The notes under the pieces: model-generated
What the model was told of the DNA's origin: nothing
The model's input: only the letters and a program-made list of their open reading frames with translations
Database searches by the model: none
Part shown: positions 37,823-50,400 of the stretch, in pieces
Position numbering within the stretch: position 1 is the stretch's first letter
Layout of the letters: each line of letters starts with the position of its first letter
Source: Nitrospira sp.
GTDB lineage: Bacteria; Nitrospirota; Nitrospiria; Nitrospirales; Nitrospiraceae
Length of the DNA: 64,000 nucleotides
Assembly (NCBI GenBank): GCA_023248215.1
Contig: JAHFEW010000008.1
Location: forward strand, 723-64,722
Reading direction: 5' to 3'
Position numbers and translations under genes: made by a program

Positions 37823-38092
37823 TTACTTTTCAGCCTGTCCCTTGACCATGACGCGTACCACACGCCAATGCTTGTCCTTGCTGATGGGACGTGTCTCAGT
37901 CAGCTGAACCCGATCTCCCACCTTGCAGACATTCCCCTCATCATGGGCCTTGAGCTTGGTCACACGTCGAAGAACTTTCTTGTAGACCGGATGAATCACC
38001 GATCGTTCGACGGCGACCACCACCGTCTTATTCATTTTGTTACTGACGACGTTACCGTACCACTCACGCCGATGTTGTTGGCCTTCCTTCAT
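37823..38092 (-). CDS. rpsQ: 30S ribosomal protein S17
   Basis: 89 aa. [27 protein letters not shown]. Confidence 0.95.
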   Translation of the reverse strand: MKEGQQHRREWYGNVVSNKMNKTVVVAVERSVIHPVYKKVLRRVTKLKAHDEGNVCKVGDRVQLTETRPISKDKHWRVVRVMVKGQAEK

Positions 38093-38106
38093 ACGCCTCT
38101 TCTCTC

Positions 38107-38328
38107 TTACTTGCCGCCGGACTGGCCGGCTTGTGTCTGGAGCAATTCCAATTGACGCTTCATCGTTTTGAGCCGGGCAATGTCGCGCTTGGTATTCCGA
38201 ACTTGCATCGGATTTTCGAGCCGACCAGTACCAAGCTGGAACCGAAAGTTGAACAGCTCCTGTCGCAACTGTTTTTCCTTATCGGACAATTCATCGATCG
38301 TGAGCCCACTCAGATCCTTCACATCCAT
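38107..38328 (-). CDS. rpmC: 50S ribosomal protein L29
   Basis: [31 protein letters not shown]. The ATG at 38328 has GGTGA upstream. The ORF-track start at 38346 is a GTG. Confidence 0.9.
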   Translation of the reverse strand: MDVKDLSGLTIDELSDKEKQLRQELFNFRFQLGTGRLENPMQVRNTKRDIARLKTMKRQLELLQTQAGQSGGK

Positions 38329-38356
38329 CACATCACCACTCAACACGTGCTACAGG

Positions 38357-38773
38357 TTACTGGAACTCGCCGCGCGCAACAAATTTAGTTGCGATGGGGA
38401 GCTTGTAGGCAGCCAACCGCAAGGCTTGCTTAGCCACATCGGGGGCAACTCCCCCCATCTCGTACATGATCCGTCCTGGCTTGACGACCGCTACCCAATA
38501 CTCAGGGTTTCCCTTTCCCTTACCCATACGGGTTTCAGCCGGCTTCTTAGTGATGGGCTTGTCTGGGAAAATTCGCGTCCATACTTGCCCACCGCGTTTG
38601 ACGAACCGAGTAATGGCGATACGGGCAGCTTCGATTTGGCGGCTCGTTACCCACCCAGGCTCCAGGGCCTTCAGCCCAAACTCTCCAAGTGTGATCGACC
38701 CGCCGCGGTAGGCCTTCCCCCGCATTCGACCCTTCTGCATTTTTCTGAACTTGACTTTCTTTGGCGCTAACAC
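38357..38773 (-). CDS. rplP: 50S ribosomal protein L16
   Basis: [24 protein letters not shown]. Confidence 0.95.
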   Translation of the reverse strand: MLAPKKVKFRKMQKGRMRGKAYRGGSITLGEFGLKALEPGWVTSRQIEAARIAITRFVKRGGQVWTRIFPDKPITKKPAETRMGKGKGNPEYWVAVVKPGRIMYEMGGVAPDVAKQALRLAAYKLPIATKFVARGEFQ

Positions 38774-38800
38774 AAACCCACCTTTTCCTTATCGAGGTTC

Positions 38801-39469
38801 TTAACCAAGTCGGCCCAGTGCTGAGTCTGGCTTTAGCTGGAGAGCGGGCAGAAGTTCACCCTTGTAGATCCAGGTCTTCACCCCAATCTGACCCATAGTG
38901 GTGTGAGCCTCGGCAAAACCGTAATCGATCTCGGCTCGCAACGTATGTAGAGGCACTCGTCCCTCACGATACCACTCGGTCCTCGCGATCTCCGCGCCAC
39001 CTAAACGTCCCGCGACCATAATCTTGATTCCCTGGGCACCTAAACGAAGAGCCGACTGCACACTGCGCTTCATGGCGCGGCGAAAGGCCACGCGCTTCTC
39101 CAACTGGGTGGCGACATTTTCGCTGACCAATTGCGCATCCAATTCCGGCTTCTTAATTTCCTTCACGGTAATATAGGCCTGGCCGGAATATTCCTTCTCC
39201 AGGGCGGCTTTAAGCTTGTCGACTTCAGCCCCCTTACGGCCGATGATAATACCTGGACGGGCTGTGTGGATAATCACCCTCGTCTGATCCCCGGACCGCT
39301 CGATCTCTACCTTGGCTACTCCAGCATGGTACAGTTTGGCCTTCACCATCTTTCGTATCTTAATATCCTGATGGAGAAGCCTGGCGTAGTCTTTATCCGC
39401 ATACCAGCGGGAGCTCCACGTGTAGTTATACCCGATGCGATAACCAATTGGATGTGTCTTCTGACCCAT
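38801..39469 (-). CDS. rpsC: 30S ribosomal protein S3
   Basis: [24 protein letters not shown]. Confidence 0.95.
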   Translation of the reverse strand: MGQKTHPIGYRIGYNYTWSSRWYADKDYARLLHQDIKIRKMVKAKLYHAGVAKVEIERSGDQTRVIIHTARPGIIIGRKGAEVDKLKAALEKEYSGQAYITVKEIKKPELDAQLVSENVATQLEKRVAFRRAMKRSVQSALRLGAQGIKIMVAGRLGGAEIARTEWYREGRVPLHTLRAEIDYGFAEAHTTMGQIGVKTWIYKGELLPALQLKPDSALGRLG

Positions 39470-39513
39470 TGAAAATCAACCTCAGTCTAAGTGTAAAAAC
39501 TCTAGCAATCCGG

Positions 39514-39855
39514 TCACGCCCCAGGAGCGGCAACCGCAATCGTAATATGACTCGTGCGCTTCTGAATCGAATTCGCCCGCCCCATTGATCGGGCACGAAA
39601 CCGCTTATAGATCGGCCCACAGTTCACGACAGCTTGAGAAATCCACATCTCCTCGGTATCGCCCAACTCCTTCTGCTCAGCATTGGCCACCGCTGACCTA
39701 AGAAGCTTTTCGATCACCCGCGCCGCATGCTTCGGAGTATGCCTGAGCATGGCAAGCGCTTTCGGAACTTGCTGTCCACGAATCATGTCGATTACGACGC
39801 GCGCCTTACGAGGCGTCACTCGCACAAACCGTAAATTTGCTTTTGCTTCTGCCAT
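39514..39855 (-). CDS. rplV: 50S ribosomal protein L22
   Basis: The internal ATG at 39855 gives MAEAKANLRFVRVTPRKARVVIDMIRG. Confidence 0.95.
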   Translation of the reverse strand: MAEAKANLRFVRVTPRKARVVIDMIRGQQVPKALAMLRHTPKHAARVIEKLLRSAVANAEQKELGDTEEMWISQAVVNCGPIYKRFRARSMGRANSIQKRTSHITIAVAAPGA

Positions 39856-39899
39856 AGCTGACCCCACCCAAACCTGCCGGCTTCTCAAGAAACCAGCAA

Positions 39900-40187
39900 T
39901 TACTTAAGCGCCACTGCCTTTTCAGTCTTTGCCTGTCCGTGCCCCTTGAAGAAGCGCGTTGGAGCAAATTCTCCCAGCTTATGGCCGACCATATTTTCCG
40001 TGACGAACACGGGAATGAACTTCTTGCCATTATGGACCGCAAACGTATGCCCGATCATATCCGGAACAACGGTTGAGCGACGCGACCAGGTCTTAATGAG
40101 CTTCCGGTCCTTGGTTTGATTCATCTGCTCTACTTTTTTCAACAGATGATCGTCGACAAACGGACCCTTTGTAACTGAACGAGGCAT
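39900..40187 (-). CDS. rpsS: 30S ribosomal protein S19
   Basis: The internal ATG at 40187 gives [19 protein letters not shown] (95 aa). The ORF-track extension overlaps rplB. Confidence 0.95.
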   Translation of the reverse strand: MPRSVTKGPFVDDHLLKKVEQMNQTKDRKLIKTWSRRSTVVPDMIGHTFAVHNGKKFIPVFVTENMVGHKLGEFAPTRFFKGHGQAKTEKAVALK

Positions 40188-40197
40188 AAGTCCTCTC

Positions 40198-41025
40198 CTA
40201 CTTCTTTCTACGCGCGATGATGAATTTGTCCGTCGCCTTGTTCTTGCGCGTCTTGTAACCCTTAGCTGGAGTGCCCCACGGAGACACAGGATGGGGATTA
40301 CCTTGACCAGACTTACCCTCACCACCACCGTGCGGGTGATCGACCGGATTCATGACTACACCACGGACATGGGGGCGCTTCCCCTTCCATCGCGTGCGTC
40401 CGGCTTTGCCCACCACAACATTCTCGTGGTCGACATTTCCTACCTGCCCCACGGTGGCCATGCAGGTTGACAACACTTTCCGCATCTCCCCTGACTTGAG
40501 ACGAATCTGCACATACGCACCATCGCGACCCATCACCTGGGCAGATCCACCAGCACTACGAATCAGCTGACCACCTTTTCCTGGCTTTAATTCAATATTG
40601 TGAATCGTGGTGCCAAGAGGTATGTTGAGCAGGGGGAGCGCATTGCCTGGACGAACCTCAGCACCGGCTCCAGCTTCGAGGTCATCACCAACCGCAAGGC
40701 CAACCGGGGCCAATATGTACCGCTTCTCGCCGTCGCTATAGTGCAATAAGGCAATTCTGGAGGAGCGATTAGGGTCATATTCAATCGCGGCCACTTTGGC
40801 CGGAATACCAACCTTGTCACGACGGAAATCAATCTGTCGGTACAACCGCTTATGCCCCCCGCCACGAAAACGAATAGTTTGACGGCCATCGTTATTTCTT
40901 CCGCCGGTGCGGAGATGAAAACCCGTCAATGCCTTCTCAGGCTTTTTCTTCGTGAGCTGCTCGCCCTGGATGGCGGTCATGCCACGCCGGCCGGGGGATG
41001 TTGGCTTATAAACTTTTAATGCCAT
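40198..41025 (-). CDS. rplB: 50S ribosomal protein L2
   Basis: [17 protein letters not shown]...[10 protein letters not shown]. Confidence 0.95.
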   Translation of the reverse strand: MALKVYKPTSPGRRGMTAIQGEQLTKKKPEKALTGFHLRTGGRNNDGRQTIRFRGGGHKRLYRQIDFRRDKVGIPAKVAAIEYDPNRSSRIALLHYSDGEKRYILAPVGLAVGDDLEAGAGAEVRPGNALPLLNIPLGTTIHNIELKPGKGGQLIRSAGGSAQVMGRDGAYVQIRLKSGEMRKVLSTCMATVGQVGNVDHENVVVGKAGRTRWKGKRPHVRGVVMNPVDHPHGGGEGKSGQGNPHPVSPWGTPAKGYKTRKNKATDKFIIARRKK

Positions 41026-41058
41026 AGCTGATTCTCACTCTATCGAGATGACCGCACG

Positions 41059-41352
41059 CTACACGCCTTCGTACAGCTCCAGCTTCTCGCCTTCTTTCAA
41101 GGTGACGAACGCCTTCTTCCAATCCGATCTTTTTCCGACAAATCGACCCAGTCGCTTCACCTTGCCGCGAATATTCACCACATTCACGCGTGACACCTTC
41201 ACCTTGAGAAGCGATTCAACAGCCTGCTTAATCTGGATCTTATTCGCATTCGGGTGCACGAGGAAACCGACTGTATTGGTCTCTTCCCGTAACGCGGTAA
41301 TTTTCTCAGTCAATAACGGCTGGATGAGCACCTGATGGAGGTCGCCCTTCAT
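41059..41352 (-). CDS. rplW: 50S ribosomal protein L23
   Basis: The ATG at 41352 overlaps the rplD TGA as ATGA. Sequence: MKGDLHQVLIQPLLTEKITALRE. Confidence 0.95.
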   Translation of the reverse strand: MKGDLHQVLIQPLLTEKITALREETNTVGFLVHPNANKIQIKQAVESLLKVKVSRVNVVNIRGKVKRLGRFVGKRSDWKKAFVTLKEGEKLELYEGV

Positions 41353-41972
41353 GACCACACCTCACGGACACGGTCCAACTCACGCTGAGGGATGACAATA
41401 GAGTTGCAGCGAACAATGTCATATACATTCAGCTCTTCCGGCCGGAGCACCGTGACGTTAGAAAGATTCTTTCCCGCCTGCACCACATTTGAACTCGCGT
41501 CGCCGATGACAAGTAACGTACTACCTGCAATCCCAAGCTGGGTTAATGCCTTGGCAAGCAACTTAGTTTTAGCCTGCTCAATCGTTAAATCGGACACCAC
41601 AACCACGCTCCCCTCAAGCAATTTTGCCGACAGTGCGCTTTGCAATGCTGCCCGATATTTCTTTCTCGGCATTCCAAATGCATAACTCCGTGGCTTAGGA
41701 CCGAATACAGTCCCTCCATGCCTCCATACAGGGGAACGGACCGAACCAGCACGAGCGCGCCCCGTATGTTTTTGCTTCCATGGCTTCTTACCAGACCCAC
41801 TCACTTCACCTCGTCGCAATGTCGATGCGGTTCCCTGACGATCACAGGCTCGCTGCATCACGATTACCTCGTGAACGAGGGTGACATGGGGCTTGCAGCC
41901 GAAGACCTCATTCGGCAAATCCACCGTACCAACTTTCTTCTTTTTCGAATCAATCACGTCAACGGTCGGCAT
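41349..41972 (-). CDS. rplD: 50S ribosomal protein L4
   Basis: 207 aa. GTASTLRRGEVSGSGKKPWKQKHTGRARAGS. Confidence 0.95.
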   Translation of the reverse strand: MPTVDVIDSKKKKVGTVDLPNEVFGCKPHVTLVHEVIVMQRACDRQGTASTLRRGEVSGSGKKPWKQKHTGRARAGSVRSPVWRHGGTVFGPKPRSYAFGMPRKKYRAALQSALSAKLLEGSVVVVSDLTIEQAKTKLLAKALTQLGIAGSTLLVIGDASSNVVQAGKNLSNVTVLRPEELNVYDIVRCNSIVIPQRELDRVREVWS

Positions 41973-41975
41973 AGA

Positions 41976-42596
41976 TCAACTCTTCTTCGACTTCCGCACG
42001 ATCAGCAGCCCATTCTCACCACCGGGCACTGCTCCGCGGACAAACAACAGGTTTTCATCTGGACGAGCGTCAATCACCTTTAGGCGCTGAACCGTCACAC
42101 GCTCATCTCCCATGTGTCCAGGCAAGGCCTTATTCTTCCAGACCCTGGATGGATACGAACTGGCTCCAATCGATCCCGGTGCCCGATGAAACATGGAACC
42201 ATGAGATTCTGGCCCGCCGGAGTAGTTATGGCGCTTCATGACTCCCTGGAATCCCTTACCTTTGGAAACCCCAACCACGTCCACCCAATCACCCTTCTTG
42301 AAGATATCGACCTTAATCGTTTCCCCCACGGCTATATCCCCAACTTTGGGAAATTCCCGGAGCCAACGACTGGCTGGAGCCTGATGCTTCTTGAGGTGAC
42401 CGAGCTCACCACCGGACAGCTTGCGATCTTTCACTTCTCCGAACGACAGCTGTACTGCCTCATAACCGTCTCGCTCTTTCGTCTTAATCGCGACGACTCT
42501 ACAAGGACCGGCCTCAATCACTGTGACCGGTTCCAGAACGCTTTCGTTGTAAATTTGGGTCATCCCCAATTTTTTGCCCAACAATCCGTTTGTCAT
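41976..42596 (-). CDS. rplC: 50S ribosomal protein L3
   Basis: [15 protein letters not shown]...[17 protein letters not shown]. Confidence 0.95.
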   Translation of the reverse strand: MTNGLLGKKLGMTQIYNESVLEPVTVIEAGPCRVVAIKTKERDGYEAVQLSFGEVKDRKLSGGELGHLKKHQAPASRWLREFPKVGDIAVGETIKVDIFKKGDWVDVVGVSKGKGFQGVMKRHNYSGGPESHGSMFHRAPGSIGASSYPSRVWKNKALPGHMGDERVTVQRLKVIDARPDENLLFVRGAVPGGENGLLIVRKSKKS

Positions 42597-42638
42597 CGTC
42601 TTCCTGTCAGCTCAGATACAGTTGGCCAAGCCCAACCG

Positions 42639-42956
42639 TCAGAGCTTGATCTCCACATCTACACCTGCCGCCAAATTCAACTTCATCAATGAATCCATCG
42701 TCTCCGGAGTTGGCTCCATGATATCCAGCAGCCGCTTGTGCGTGCGGATTTCAAATTGTTCGCGGGACTTTTTATCTACGTGAGTCGACCGCTGAACCGT
42801 AAACTTCTCGATTCTTGTCGGCAATGGAATCGGCCCCACGACTCTCGCCCCGCTGCGCCTGACAGTTTCAACAATTTCCACCACCGACTGATCAAGCACG
42901 CGATAATCAAACCCGCGCAACCTGATACGAATTCTTTGATCGACTTTCACGCTCAA
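42639..42956 (-). CDS. rpsJ: 30S ribosomal protein S10
   Basis: 105 aa. [29 protein letters not shown]. Confidence 0.95.
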   Translation of the reverse strand: MSVKVDQRIRIRLRGFDYRVLDQSVVEIVETVRRSGARVVGPIPLPTRIEKFTVQRSTHVDKKSREQFEIRTHKRLLDIMEPTPETMDSLMKLNLAAGVDVEIKL

Positions 42957-42990
42957 CTCCTCACATGCCGGTCTAATGACCGCAACATCG

Positions 42991-44196
42991 CTACGCTAGA
43001 ATTTCAGTGACGACGCCCGAGCCGACGGTTTTACCGCCCTCACGCACCGCAAAGCGCAACCCCTGATCCATGGCGATCGGGCTGATCAACTCGCCCGTCA
43101 CCGTCACATTGTCCCCCGGCATCACCATCTCCACCCCCGGCGTCAGCGTCACGATGCCCGTCACGTCCGTCGTCCGGAAGTAGAACTGCGGCCGGTACCC
43201 GTTGAAGAACGGCGTATGCCGCCCGCCCTCTTCCTTCGTTAACACATAGATCTCTGCCTTGAACTTCGTGTGCGGCGTAATGCTCTTGGGCTTCGCCAGC
43301 ACCATCCCGCGCTCCACATCTTCTTTCTTCGTTCCGCGCAGCAACACCCCGATGTTATCGCCCGCCTGCCCTTCGTCGAGCACCTTGCGGAACATTTCCA
43401 CGCCGGTCACGATGGTCGTCTGCGTCGGCTTCAACCCGACGATTTCGATTTCGTCACCCACCTTCACGATGCCCCGCTCGCAGCGGCCCGTTACGACCGT
43501 GCCGCGCCCGCTGATCGTGAACACGTCTTCGATCGGCATCAAGAATGGCTTATCGATGGCCCGGGTCGGCGTCGGAATATAGGTGTCGACGGCCTCCAAC
43601 AACTTCAGAATGGACGGCACGCCCAACGGCCCCTGATCCCCTTCGATCGCCTTCAAGGCCGAACCCTGAATGATGGGAATCTTATCGCCCGGGAACTCAT
43701 ACTTGGTCAGCAATTCCCGCACTTCCAACTCGACCAACTCCAACAATTCCTTGTCATCGACCTTGTCCGCCTTGTTCAGAAACACAACAATGTAGGGGAC
43801 GCCGACTTGGCGCGCCAACAAAATGTGCTCCCGGGTCTGCGGCATGGGCCCGTCGGCCGCGCTCACGACCAGGATCGCCCCGTCCATCTGCGCGGCGCCG
43901 GTAATCATGTTCTTCACATAGTCGGCGTGGCCCGGGCAGTCAACGTGCGCATAGTGCCGGTTGTCGGTCTCGTATTCCACGTGGCTGATGGCAATGGTCA
44001 TGATCTTACTGGCATCCCGGCGCCCCTGACTCTCGCTCGCCTTCGCCACTTCGTCGTAGCTGATAAACTTCGCCATGCCCTTGTCCGAGCAGATCTTGGT
44101 CAGGGCACTCGTCAGCGTCGTCTTTCCATGGTCCACGTGCCCGATCGTCCCGATGTTCACGTGGGGCTTTCGTCGCTCAAATTTCGCCTTCGCCAT
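42991..44196 (-). CDS. tuf: Elongation factor Tu, copy 1 (str operon)
   Basis: 401 aa. [18 protein letters not shown] and NKAD motifs are present. The product is identical to the 59296..60501 copy. Confidence 0.97.
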   Translation of the reverse strand: MAKAKFERRKPHVNIGTIGHVDHGKTTLTSALTKICSDKGMAKFISYDEVAKASESQGRRDASKIMTIAISHVEYETDNRHYAHVDCPGHADYVKNMITGAAQMDGAILVVSAADGPMPQTREHILLARQVGVPYIVVFLNKADKVDDKELLELVELEVRELLTKYEFPGDKIPIIQGSALKAIEGDQGPLGVPSILKLLEAVDTYIPTPTRAIDKPFLMPIEDVFTISGRGTVVTGRCERGIVKVGDEIEIVGLKPTQTTIVTGVEMFRKVLDEGQAGDNIGVLLRGTKKEDVERGMVLAKPKSITPHTKFKAEIYVLTKEEGGRHTPFFNGYRPQFYFRTTDVTGIVTLTPGVEMVMPGDNVTVTGELISPIAMDQGLRFAVREGGKTVGSGVVTEILA

Positions 44197-44230
44197 CCCC
44201 TATCCTCCCTAGTTCACAGAACCGACAAAC

Positions 44231-46312
44231 CTATTCACCACGATGCTTAGCAGTGATCGCCTCAGCAATTTGCCTGGGCACTTGATCGTAGCGATCAAAT
44301 TCCATGCTATACGTGGCACGCCCCTGCGTTCGCGACCGCAGATCAGTCGCATACCCAAACATCTCCATAAGCGGGACAGTTGCCTCGATGGCCTGGGCGC
44401 CAGCGCGCACCTTCATGCCTTGCACTTTTCCGCGGCGACCGTTCAGATTTCCAATGACATCCCCCATAAATTCTTGGGGCACTAGCACTTCAACCTTCAT
44501 GATGGGCTCAAGAAGAACGGGATCGGCCTTCTTGCACGCATCAGCAAAACCCATTGAAGCGGCGATCTTAAAAGCCATTTCGTTGGAGTCAACGTCGTGG
44601 TAGGAACCATCAATCACCGTCACCTTGACGTCGCGCAACGGAAAGCCCGCCACAACCCCAGTCTCCATCCGCTCCTTAACACCTTTTTCAATTGCAGGAA
44701 TATATTCCTTGGGGATCGATCCACCCACCGTCTTATTCACGAACTCCAACCCCTTGCCGGACTCTGATGGCTCAACCGTCAACACCACGTGGCCATACTG
44801 CCCTCGACCGCCAGTCTGCTTGATGTACTTCGACTCAGCCTCAGCCTTGCGGCGAATAGTTTCCCGAAAAGCCACTTCCGGCTTACCGACATTGGCCTCG
44901 ACCTTAAATTCACGCAGCAGGCGATCGACGATGATCTCGAGATGCAACTCTCCCATCCCGGCAATAATAGTCTGGGCAGTTTCCTCATCGGTCCGAACCC
45001 GAAACGAAGGATCCTCCTGCGCTAGCTTCTGCAACGCAAATCCCATCTTTTCTTGGTCTGGCTTGGTTTTTGGCTCGATGGCCATGGCGATAACCGGTTC
45101 TGGAAACTTCATGATTTCCAGAAGAACCGGCTGCTTCTCATCAGCCAGCGTGTCACCGGTCGTCGCCCCCTTGAGACCGACCGCAGCAGCAATATCCCCC
45201 GCGTAGACGATATCGATTTCTTCGCGCTTGTTCGCATGCATCTTCAGCAGACGCCCAACGCGATCCTTTGTTCCCTTCGTCACATTGAGGACCGGAGTTC
45301 CGGTCTTCAACGTCCCTGAGTACACGCGGAAGAACGTTAATTGCCCAGCAAAGGGATCCGTCATGATCTTAAACGCCAGAGCAGAAAACGGTTCAGAATC
45401 CGAAGGACGACGCTGCAACTCCTTCCCGGTATTAGGATCAACTCCAACAACTGGCGGAATATCCACGGGAGAGGGAAGGAAATCCACAACGCCATCAAGC
45501 AACTGCTGTACACCCTTATTCTTAAAGGCAGACCCGCACAGAACAGGAACTACCTTCATGGTGATAGTGCCAGCGCGAACGACACGCCGCACCTCCTCCT
45601 CAGTCAAGGGCTGCCCGTTAATGTACTTCTCCATGACCTGGTCATCGAACTCGGCCACCGCATCAAGCATTTTCTGACGGTACTCTTTAGCCTGATCCAG
45701 CATGTCAGCCGGAATTTCGCCGATCTGGTATTTTGCCCCCAGCGTCTCGTCGTCGTAAAAGAAACCCTTCATCGTAATCAGATCGACGGAGCCTCTAAAA
45801 TCCCCTTCACGCCCAATGGGAATCTGGATCGGCACCGGATTGGCGCCCAAACGATCGATAATCGACTGAACACTGGCATAAAAGTCCGCCCCGATTCGAT
45901 CCATTTTATTCATAAAGGCGATGCGAGGGACCTCATACTTATCGGCTTGACGCCAAACAGTTTCAGACTGAGGCTCGACGCCCTGCACCGAGTCAAACGC
46001 CGCAACCGCACCGTCGAGGACACGAAGAGAACGCTCGACTTCGATGGTAAAATCTACGTGACCAGGCGTATCAATAATATTAATACGGTGGTCCCGCCAG
46101 AAACAGGTGGTCGCAGCAGCAGTGATGGTGATGCCGCGCTCGCGCTCCTGCTCCATCCAATCCATCGTCGCAGCACCCTCGTGCACCTCGCCCATCTTGT
46201 GCGTCATCCCCGTGTAATAGAGGATCCGCTCAGTAGTCGTAGTTTTTCCGGCATCAATGTGGGCCATAATGCCGATATTTCGAGTACGCTCTAACGGTGT
46301 CTGCCTAGCCAC
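44231..46312 (-). CDS. fusA: Elongation factor G
   Basis: The GTG at 46312 is preceded by GGGGAG and gives [25 protein letters not shown] (693 aa). The ORF-track N-terminus is 20 aa longer. Confidence 0.95.
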   Translation of the reverse strand: MARQTPLERTRNIGIMAHIDAGKTTTTERILYYTGMTHKMGEVHEGAATMDWMEQERERGITITAAATTCFWRDHRINIIDTPGHVDFTIEVERSLRVLDGAVAAFDSVQGVEPQSETVWRQADKYEVPRIAFMNKMDRIGADFYASVQSIIDRLGANPVPIQIPIGREGDFRGSVDLITMKGFFYDDETLGAKYQIGEIPADMLDQAKEYRQKMLDAVAEFDDQVMEKYINGQPLTEEEVRRVVRAGTITMKVVPVLCGSAFKNKGVQQLLDGVVDFLPSPVDIPPVVGVDPNTGKELQRRPSDSEPFSALAFKIMTDPFAGQLTFFRVYSGTLKTGTPVLNVTKGTKDRVGRLLKMHANKREEIDIVYAGDIAAAVGLKGATTGDTLADEKQPVLLEIMKFPEPVIAMAIEPKTKPDQEKMGFALQKLAQEDPSFRVRTDEETAQTIIAGMGELHLEIIVDRLLREFKVEANVGKPEVAFRETIRRKAEAESKYIKQTGGRGQYGHVVLTVEPSESGKGLEFVNKTVGGSIPKEYIPAIEKGVKERMETGVVAGFPLRDVKVTVIDGSYHDVDSNEMAFKIAASMGFADACKKADPVLLEPIMKVEVLVPQEFMGDVIGNLNGRRGKVQGMKVRAGAQAIEATVPLMEMFGYATDLRSRTQGRATYSMEFDRYDQVPRQIAEAITAKHRGE

Positions 46313-46429
46313 AACTCCCCCAGAAAAAACGAACGTGCCGCCATCCGAGCCGCAAACCTTACGCCGACCCACCAGAATTTATCTGGCAATGTCGCAGCCC
46401 GGCTCAACAGCAGCACGACACAATACTAA

Positions 46430-46903
46430 CTACCAACGATAATGAGCAAAGGCCTTATTAGCCTCCGCCATTCGATGGACATCTTCCCGCTTCTTCACCG
46501 ACGCGCCCGTATTATTTGACGCATCAAGCAATTCAGCCGCCAGCCTATCCTGCATGCTCTTTCCGCCTCTGGAGCGCGAATATTCCGTAATCCACCGCAA
46601 AGCCAACGAGATCCGACGAGACGGACGTATCTCAACAGGAACCTGATAAGAGGCACCACCAACCCGACGCGACTTCACCTCCACCACCGGCTTCACATTG
46701 TCGATGGCCGACCTAAAGATCTTCATCGGATCACCGCCGCTAGTCTTCTCCTGAATCAAATCAAATGCCCCGTAGCATATGCGCTCAGCCGTGCTCTTTT
46801 TTCCGCCCCCCATCAGGACGTTCAGAAATTTTCCGACAAGCTTATCGCGATACTTCGAATCTGGCTGCGCTTCTCGATGACCGAAAAATTGTCCGCGTGG
46901 CAT
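46430..46903 (-). CDS. rpsG: 30S ribosomal protein S7
   Basis: 157 aa. ...[24 protein letters not shown]... Confidence 0.95.
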   Translation of the reverse strand: MPRGQFFGHREAQPDSKYRDKLVGKFLNVLMGGGKKSTAERICYGAFDLIQEKTSGGDPMKIFRSAIDNVKPVVEVKSRRVGGASYQVPVEIRPSRRISLALRWITEYSRSRGGKSMQDRLAAELLDASNNTGASVKKREDVHRMAEANKAFAHYRW

Positions 46904-46964
46904 CGTTATCCTATAAAATAAAATCGGTTTTCATTGCACGCATGCGCAATGACACAATCAACTA

Positions 46965-47336
46965 CTACTTTGGCTGCTTCGCTCCATACTTGGAACGCGA
47001 CTGCTTCCGATCGGCAACCCCAACCGCATCCAGGGAACCGCGCACAATGTGATACCGCACGCCGGGCAAGTCCTTGACGCGACCGCCGCGAACCAACACG
47101 ATCGAGTGCTCCTGCAGGTTGTGGCCGACGCCAGGGATGTAGGTCGTGACCTCCATCCCGTTCGTCAACCGAACACGAGCCACTTTCCGAAGAGCGGAGT
47201 TCGGCTTTTTCGGAGTCGTGGTATAGACTCGAAGACAGACGCCGCGCTTCTGCGGACAGCGCTTAAGCGCCGGACTTTTCGTCTTGGACTTTACGAGCGT
47301 CCGGCCTTTTCGCACGAGCTGATTAATCGTTGGCAT
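46965..47336 (-). CDS. rpsL: 30S ribosomal protein S12
   Basis: [34 protein letters not shown]. Confidence 0.97.
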   Translation of the reverse strand: MPTINQLVRKGRTLVKSKTKSPALKRCPQKRGVCLRVYTTTPKKPNSALRKVARVRLTNGMEVTTYIPGVGHNLQEHSIVLVRGGRVKDLPGVRYHIVRGSLDAVGVADRKQSRSKYGAKQPK

Positions 47337-47399
47337 GCACTATACTCTTTCGTGATGAAACAAACGGTTGCTGAAAATGCTCATGAGCGAAGCCGTCGG

Positions 47400-47428
47400 A
47401 TTATAGAGATCCGCACTACTTATGTCAA
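47400..47428 (-). promoter_or_regulatory. Consensus sigma-70 promoter for the str operon (rpsL-rpsG-fusA-tuf)
   Basis: The minus strand reads TTGACA-N17-TATAAT, with both hexamers perfect. The -10 hexamer ends 63 nt upstream of the rpsL ATG, immediately after the rpoC stop. Confidence 0.6.
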
Positions 47429-47443
47429 GAAAGTTCTTTTCTT

Positions 47444-50400
47444 TCACTCGTTATTTTCACTCGCACTTCCCGTGGAGACGACCGGCGTTTGGCCCACAGC
47501 AACCGGTTGCGCCTGACTTCCTGGAAGCTCTCCGACACTCTTGGCACTGGCCACAAAGGTCTCCCGATATTCTTCGAACCCGCTTCCGGCTGGAATGAGA
47601 CGACCGACGATCACATTTTCCTTCAAGCCGAGGAGATTATCTTCGCGGCCGTTGATCGCGGCCTCAGTCAACACGCGTGTTGTTTCCTGGAACGACGCCG
47701 CGGAAATAAAGCTATCCGTGGTCAGCGCGGCCTTGGTGATACCGAGCAGGACGGGCTTTCCAAGTGCCGGCTTCCCATCCTTGTCCAACACTCGCTGATT
47801 TTCCACATCGAACAGTCCTTTGCTGACCTGGCTTCCGGGCAAAAATGATGTATCCCCAGGATCTTCGATCCTGACCTTCCGAAGCATTTGCCGCACGATG
47901 ATCTCAATGTGCTTGTCATTGATGGACACACCTTGCAAGCGGTAGACATCCTGCACTTCGTCGACTAGATACTTTTGCAGTTCTTTCGGGCCCAACACAT
48001 CCAAAATGTCATGCGGGTTGGCCGAACCATCCATCAGGGGCTCACCGGCTCGCACCCAGTCGCCCTCATGCACATTGACGTGCTTGCCCTTCGGGATGAA
48101 GTACTCTTTCACGTCACCCATTTTGTTGTCGACCAGGACCTTCCGCATACCCTTCACAAACCCGCCGTAAGACACCTCGCCGTCGATCTCGCTGATCACG
48201 GCCTGTTCTTTCGGCTTCCGTGCCTCGAACAACTCTGCGACACGCGGGAGACCGCCGGTGATGTCCTTGGTCTTGGTTGTTTCACGCGGAATTTTTGCCA
48301 ACACGTCGCCGGGGTGCACCATAGCCCCCTTCTCGACGAAGATGTGCGCACCCACTGGCAGCAGATATCGCGCCACAGGCGTCCCAGCCCCGGATACTTT
48401 TGCAGTCTTGCCGCTGTCATCTTTAATCGACACACGCGGACGAAGCGTGGCACCGCTCTGCTCGATGATCACTTTCCGGGACAAGCCGGTCACTTCGTCG
48501 AACTCTTCCTTCATCGTGACCCCTTCGAGAATGTCGCCGTACGCAACCTTCCCGCCGGTCTCCGTGAGAATGGTCAACGAATAGGGGTCCCATTCGACCA
48601 GTTTTTGGCCCACTTCAATCCGATCACCGTCCTTGACTTTAATCTTTGCGCCATACACCACCGGGTACTTCTCACGCTCACGGCCGCTGTCGTCGACAAT
48701 CGCGATCTTGGCGTTGCGATTCATGACGACCCACTCACCCTCTTTATTACGAACCGCGATGCCGGCATTGTGCACGTCGGCGTTCTTCTTCGCGTCCAAA
48801 CTCATAAACTTCAGATGGCCGGCGTGCTTGGCCTCTAACACCGTTTGCTCAACCACTTTGCTGGCGGTACCACCGATGTGGAAGGTCCGCATCGTCAACT
48901 GAGTACCAGGCTCACCAATGGATTGTGCGGCAATGACTCCGACCGGCTCGCCCTTTTCGACGAGTCGACCGCGCGATAAATCGCGTCCGTAGCACAAACG
49001 ACAGACGCCGCGCGGGGATTGGCACGTCAGGACCGAACGGATCTTGACCCGATCGACACCGGCCTCCACGACCGCTTTCGCCTGCTCTTCGTCAATTTCT
49101 TCATTGAAAGACACAATAATTTCACCGGTCACGGGGTCGCGAATATCCTCGCCAGCAAGGCGCCCCAGGAGGCGCTCTTCCAACGGCTGAATAATTTCTC
49201 CGCCCTCGAGCAGGGCGCTGACCAAGATACCGTCGGTCGTTCCGCAATCTTCCTCGGTGACGATGACATCCTGTGCGATATCGACCAATCGACGGGTCAG
49301 ATATCCGGAGTTGGCAGTCTTCAGTGCCGTGTCCGCCAGACCTTTTCGCGCACCGTGGGTCGAAATGAAATACTGCAACACCGTCAACCCCTCGCGAAAA
49401 TTCGCCGTGATCGGGGTCTCGATGATTTCTCCGGACGGCTTCGCCATCAATCCCCGCATACCGCCGAGCTGGCGGATCTGCTGGGAACTGCCTCTGGCGC
49501 CTGAATCGGCCATCATGAAGATGGGGTTGAACGATTCGGCCTTGGCCGGATCGCCTCCGGCGCCCAGCTCCCTCATCATCTCGTTAGCCACCTGCTCGGT
49601 GACATGCGCCCAAATGTCGATGACCTTGTTGTACCGCTCGCCGTTGGTGATCAGGCCCTCGGAATACTGCTTTTCAATTTCATTGACTTCGTGCTGGGCC
49701 TTCCCGATGAGATCTTCCTTGCGGGACGGAATGTGCATGTTATCGATGCAGATGGACATCCCGGCCCTGGTCGCATAGTGGAAGCCGAGGTCCTTGATCT
49801 TGTCCAGGAACGTCACCGTCTCACGATGCCCCGCCTGCCGATAGACCGCATCGATGAGCTTCGACATCTCCTTCTTGGTCATCAGCTTATTGGCATCGGC
49901 GAACGGCATCATCGAAGGGAGAATTTCCGCCAGGATCACACGGCCGGCGGTTGTCTGGATCATCGCGCCATTGCACCGGACCTTAATCCGCGCATGCTCA
50001 TCCAGCGCGCCCGCATCGTAAGCAATCCGCGCCTCTTCTGGAGACCCGAACAGTTTCCCCTCGCCCTTCGCCCCGACCCTCTCCTTCGTCAGCCAATAAC
50101 ACCCGAGGACCATATCTTGGGACGGTACTGCAATCGGCTTTCCATTAGCAGGGGAAAGGATGTTGTTGATCGACATCATCAGGACGCGCGCTTCGACCTG
50201 CGCCTCTACGGATAACGGCACATGGACGGCCATTTGGTCGCCGTCAAAGTCGGCGTTGAACGCAGCACAGACGAGCGGGTGAAGCCGAATCGCCTTGCCC
50301 TCAACCAAGACCGGATCGAACGCCTGAATGCCAAGCCGGTGCAAGGTCGGTGCGCGATTGAGCAGCACAGGGTGTTCGCGGATGACTTCGTCCAGCACAT

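Noticed and set aside
35673-40328. N-terminally extended ORF-track models for S8 (190 aa), L24 (133 aa), L22 (124 aa) and S19 (142 aa). The same applies to PilN, LptA, UreD, SecY and EF-G.
   Set aside because: The extensions overlap the upstream gene and have junk-like composition. Internal ATG or GTG codons give canonical N-termini, several with ATGA coupling or a Shine-Dalgarno sequence.
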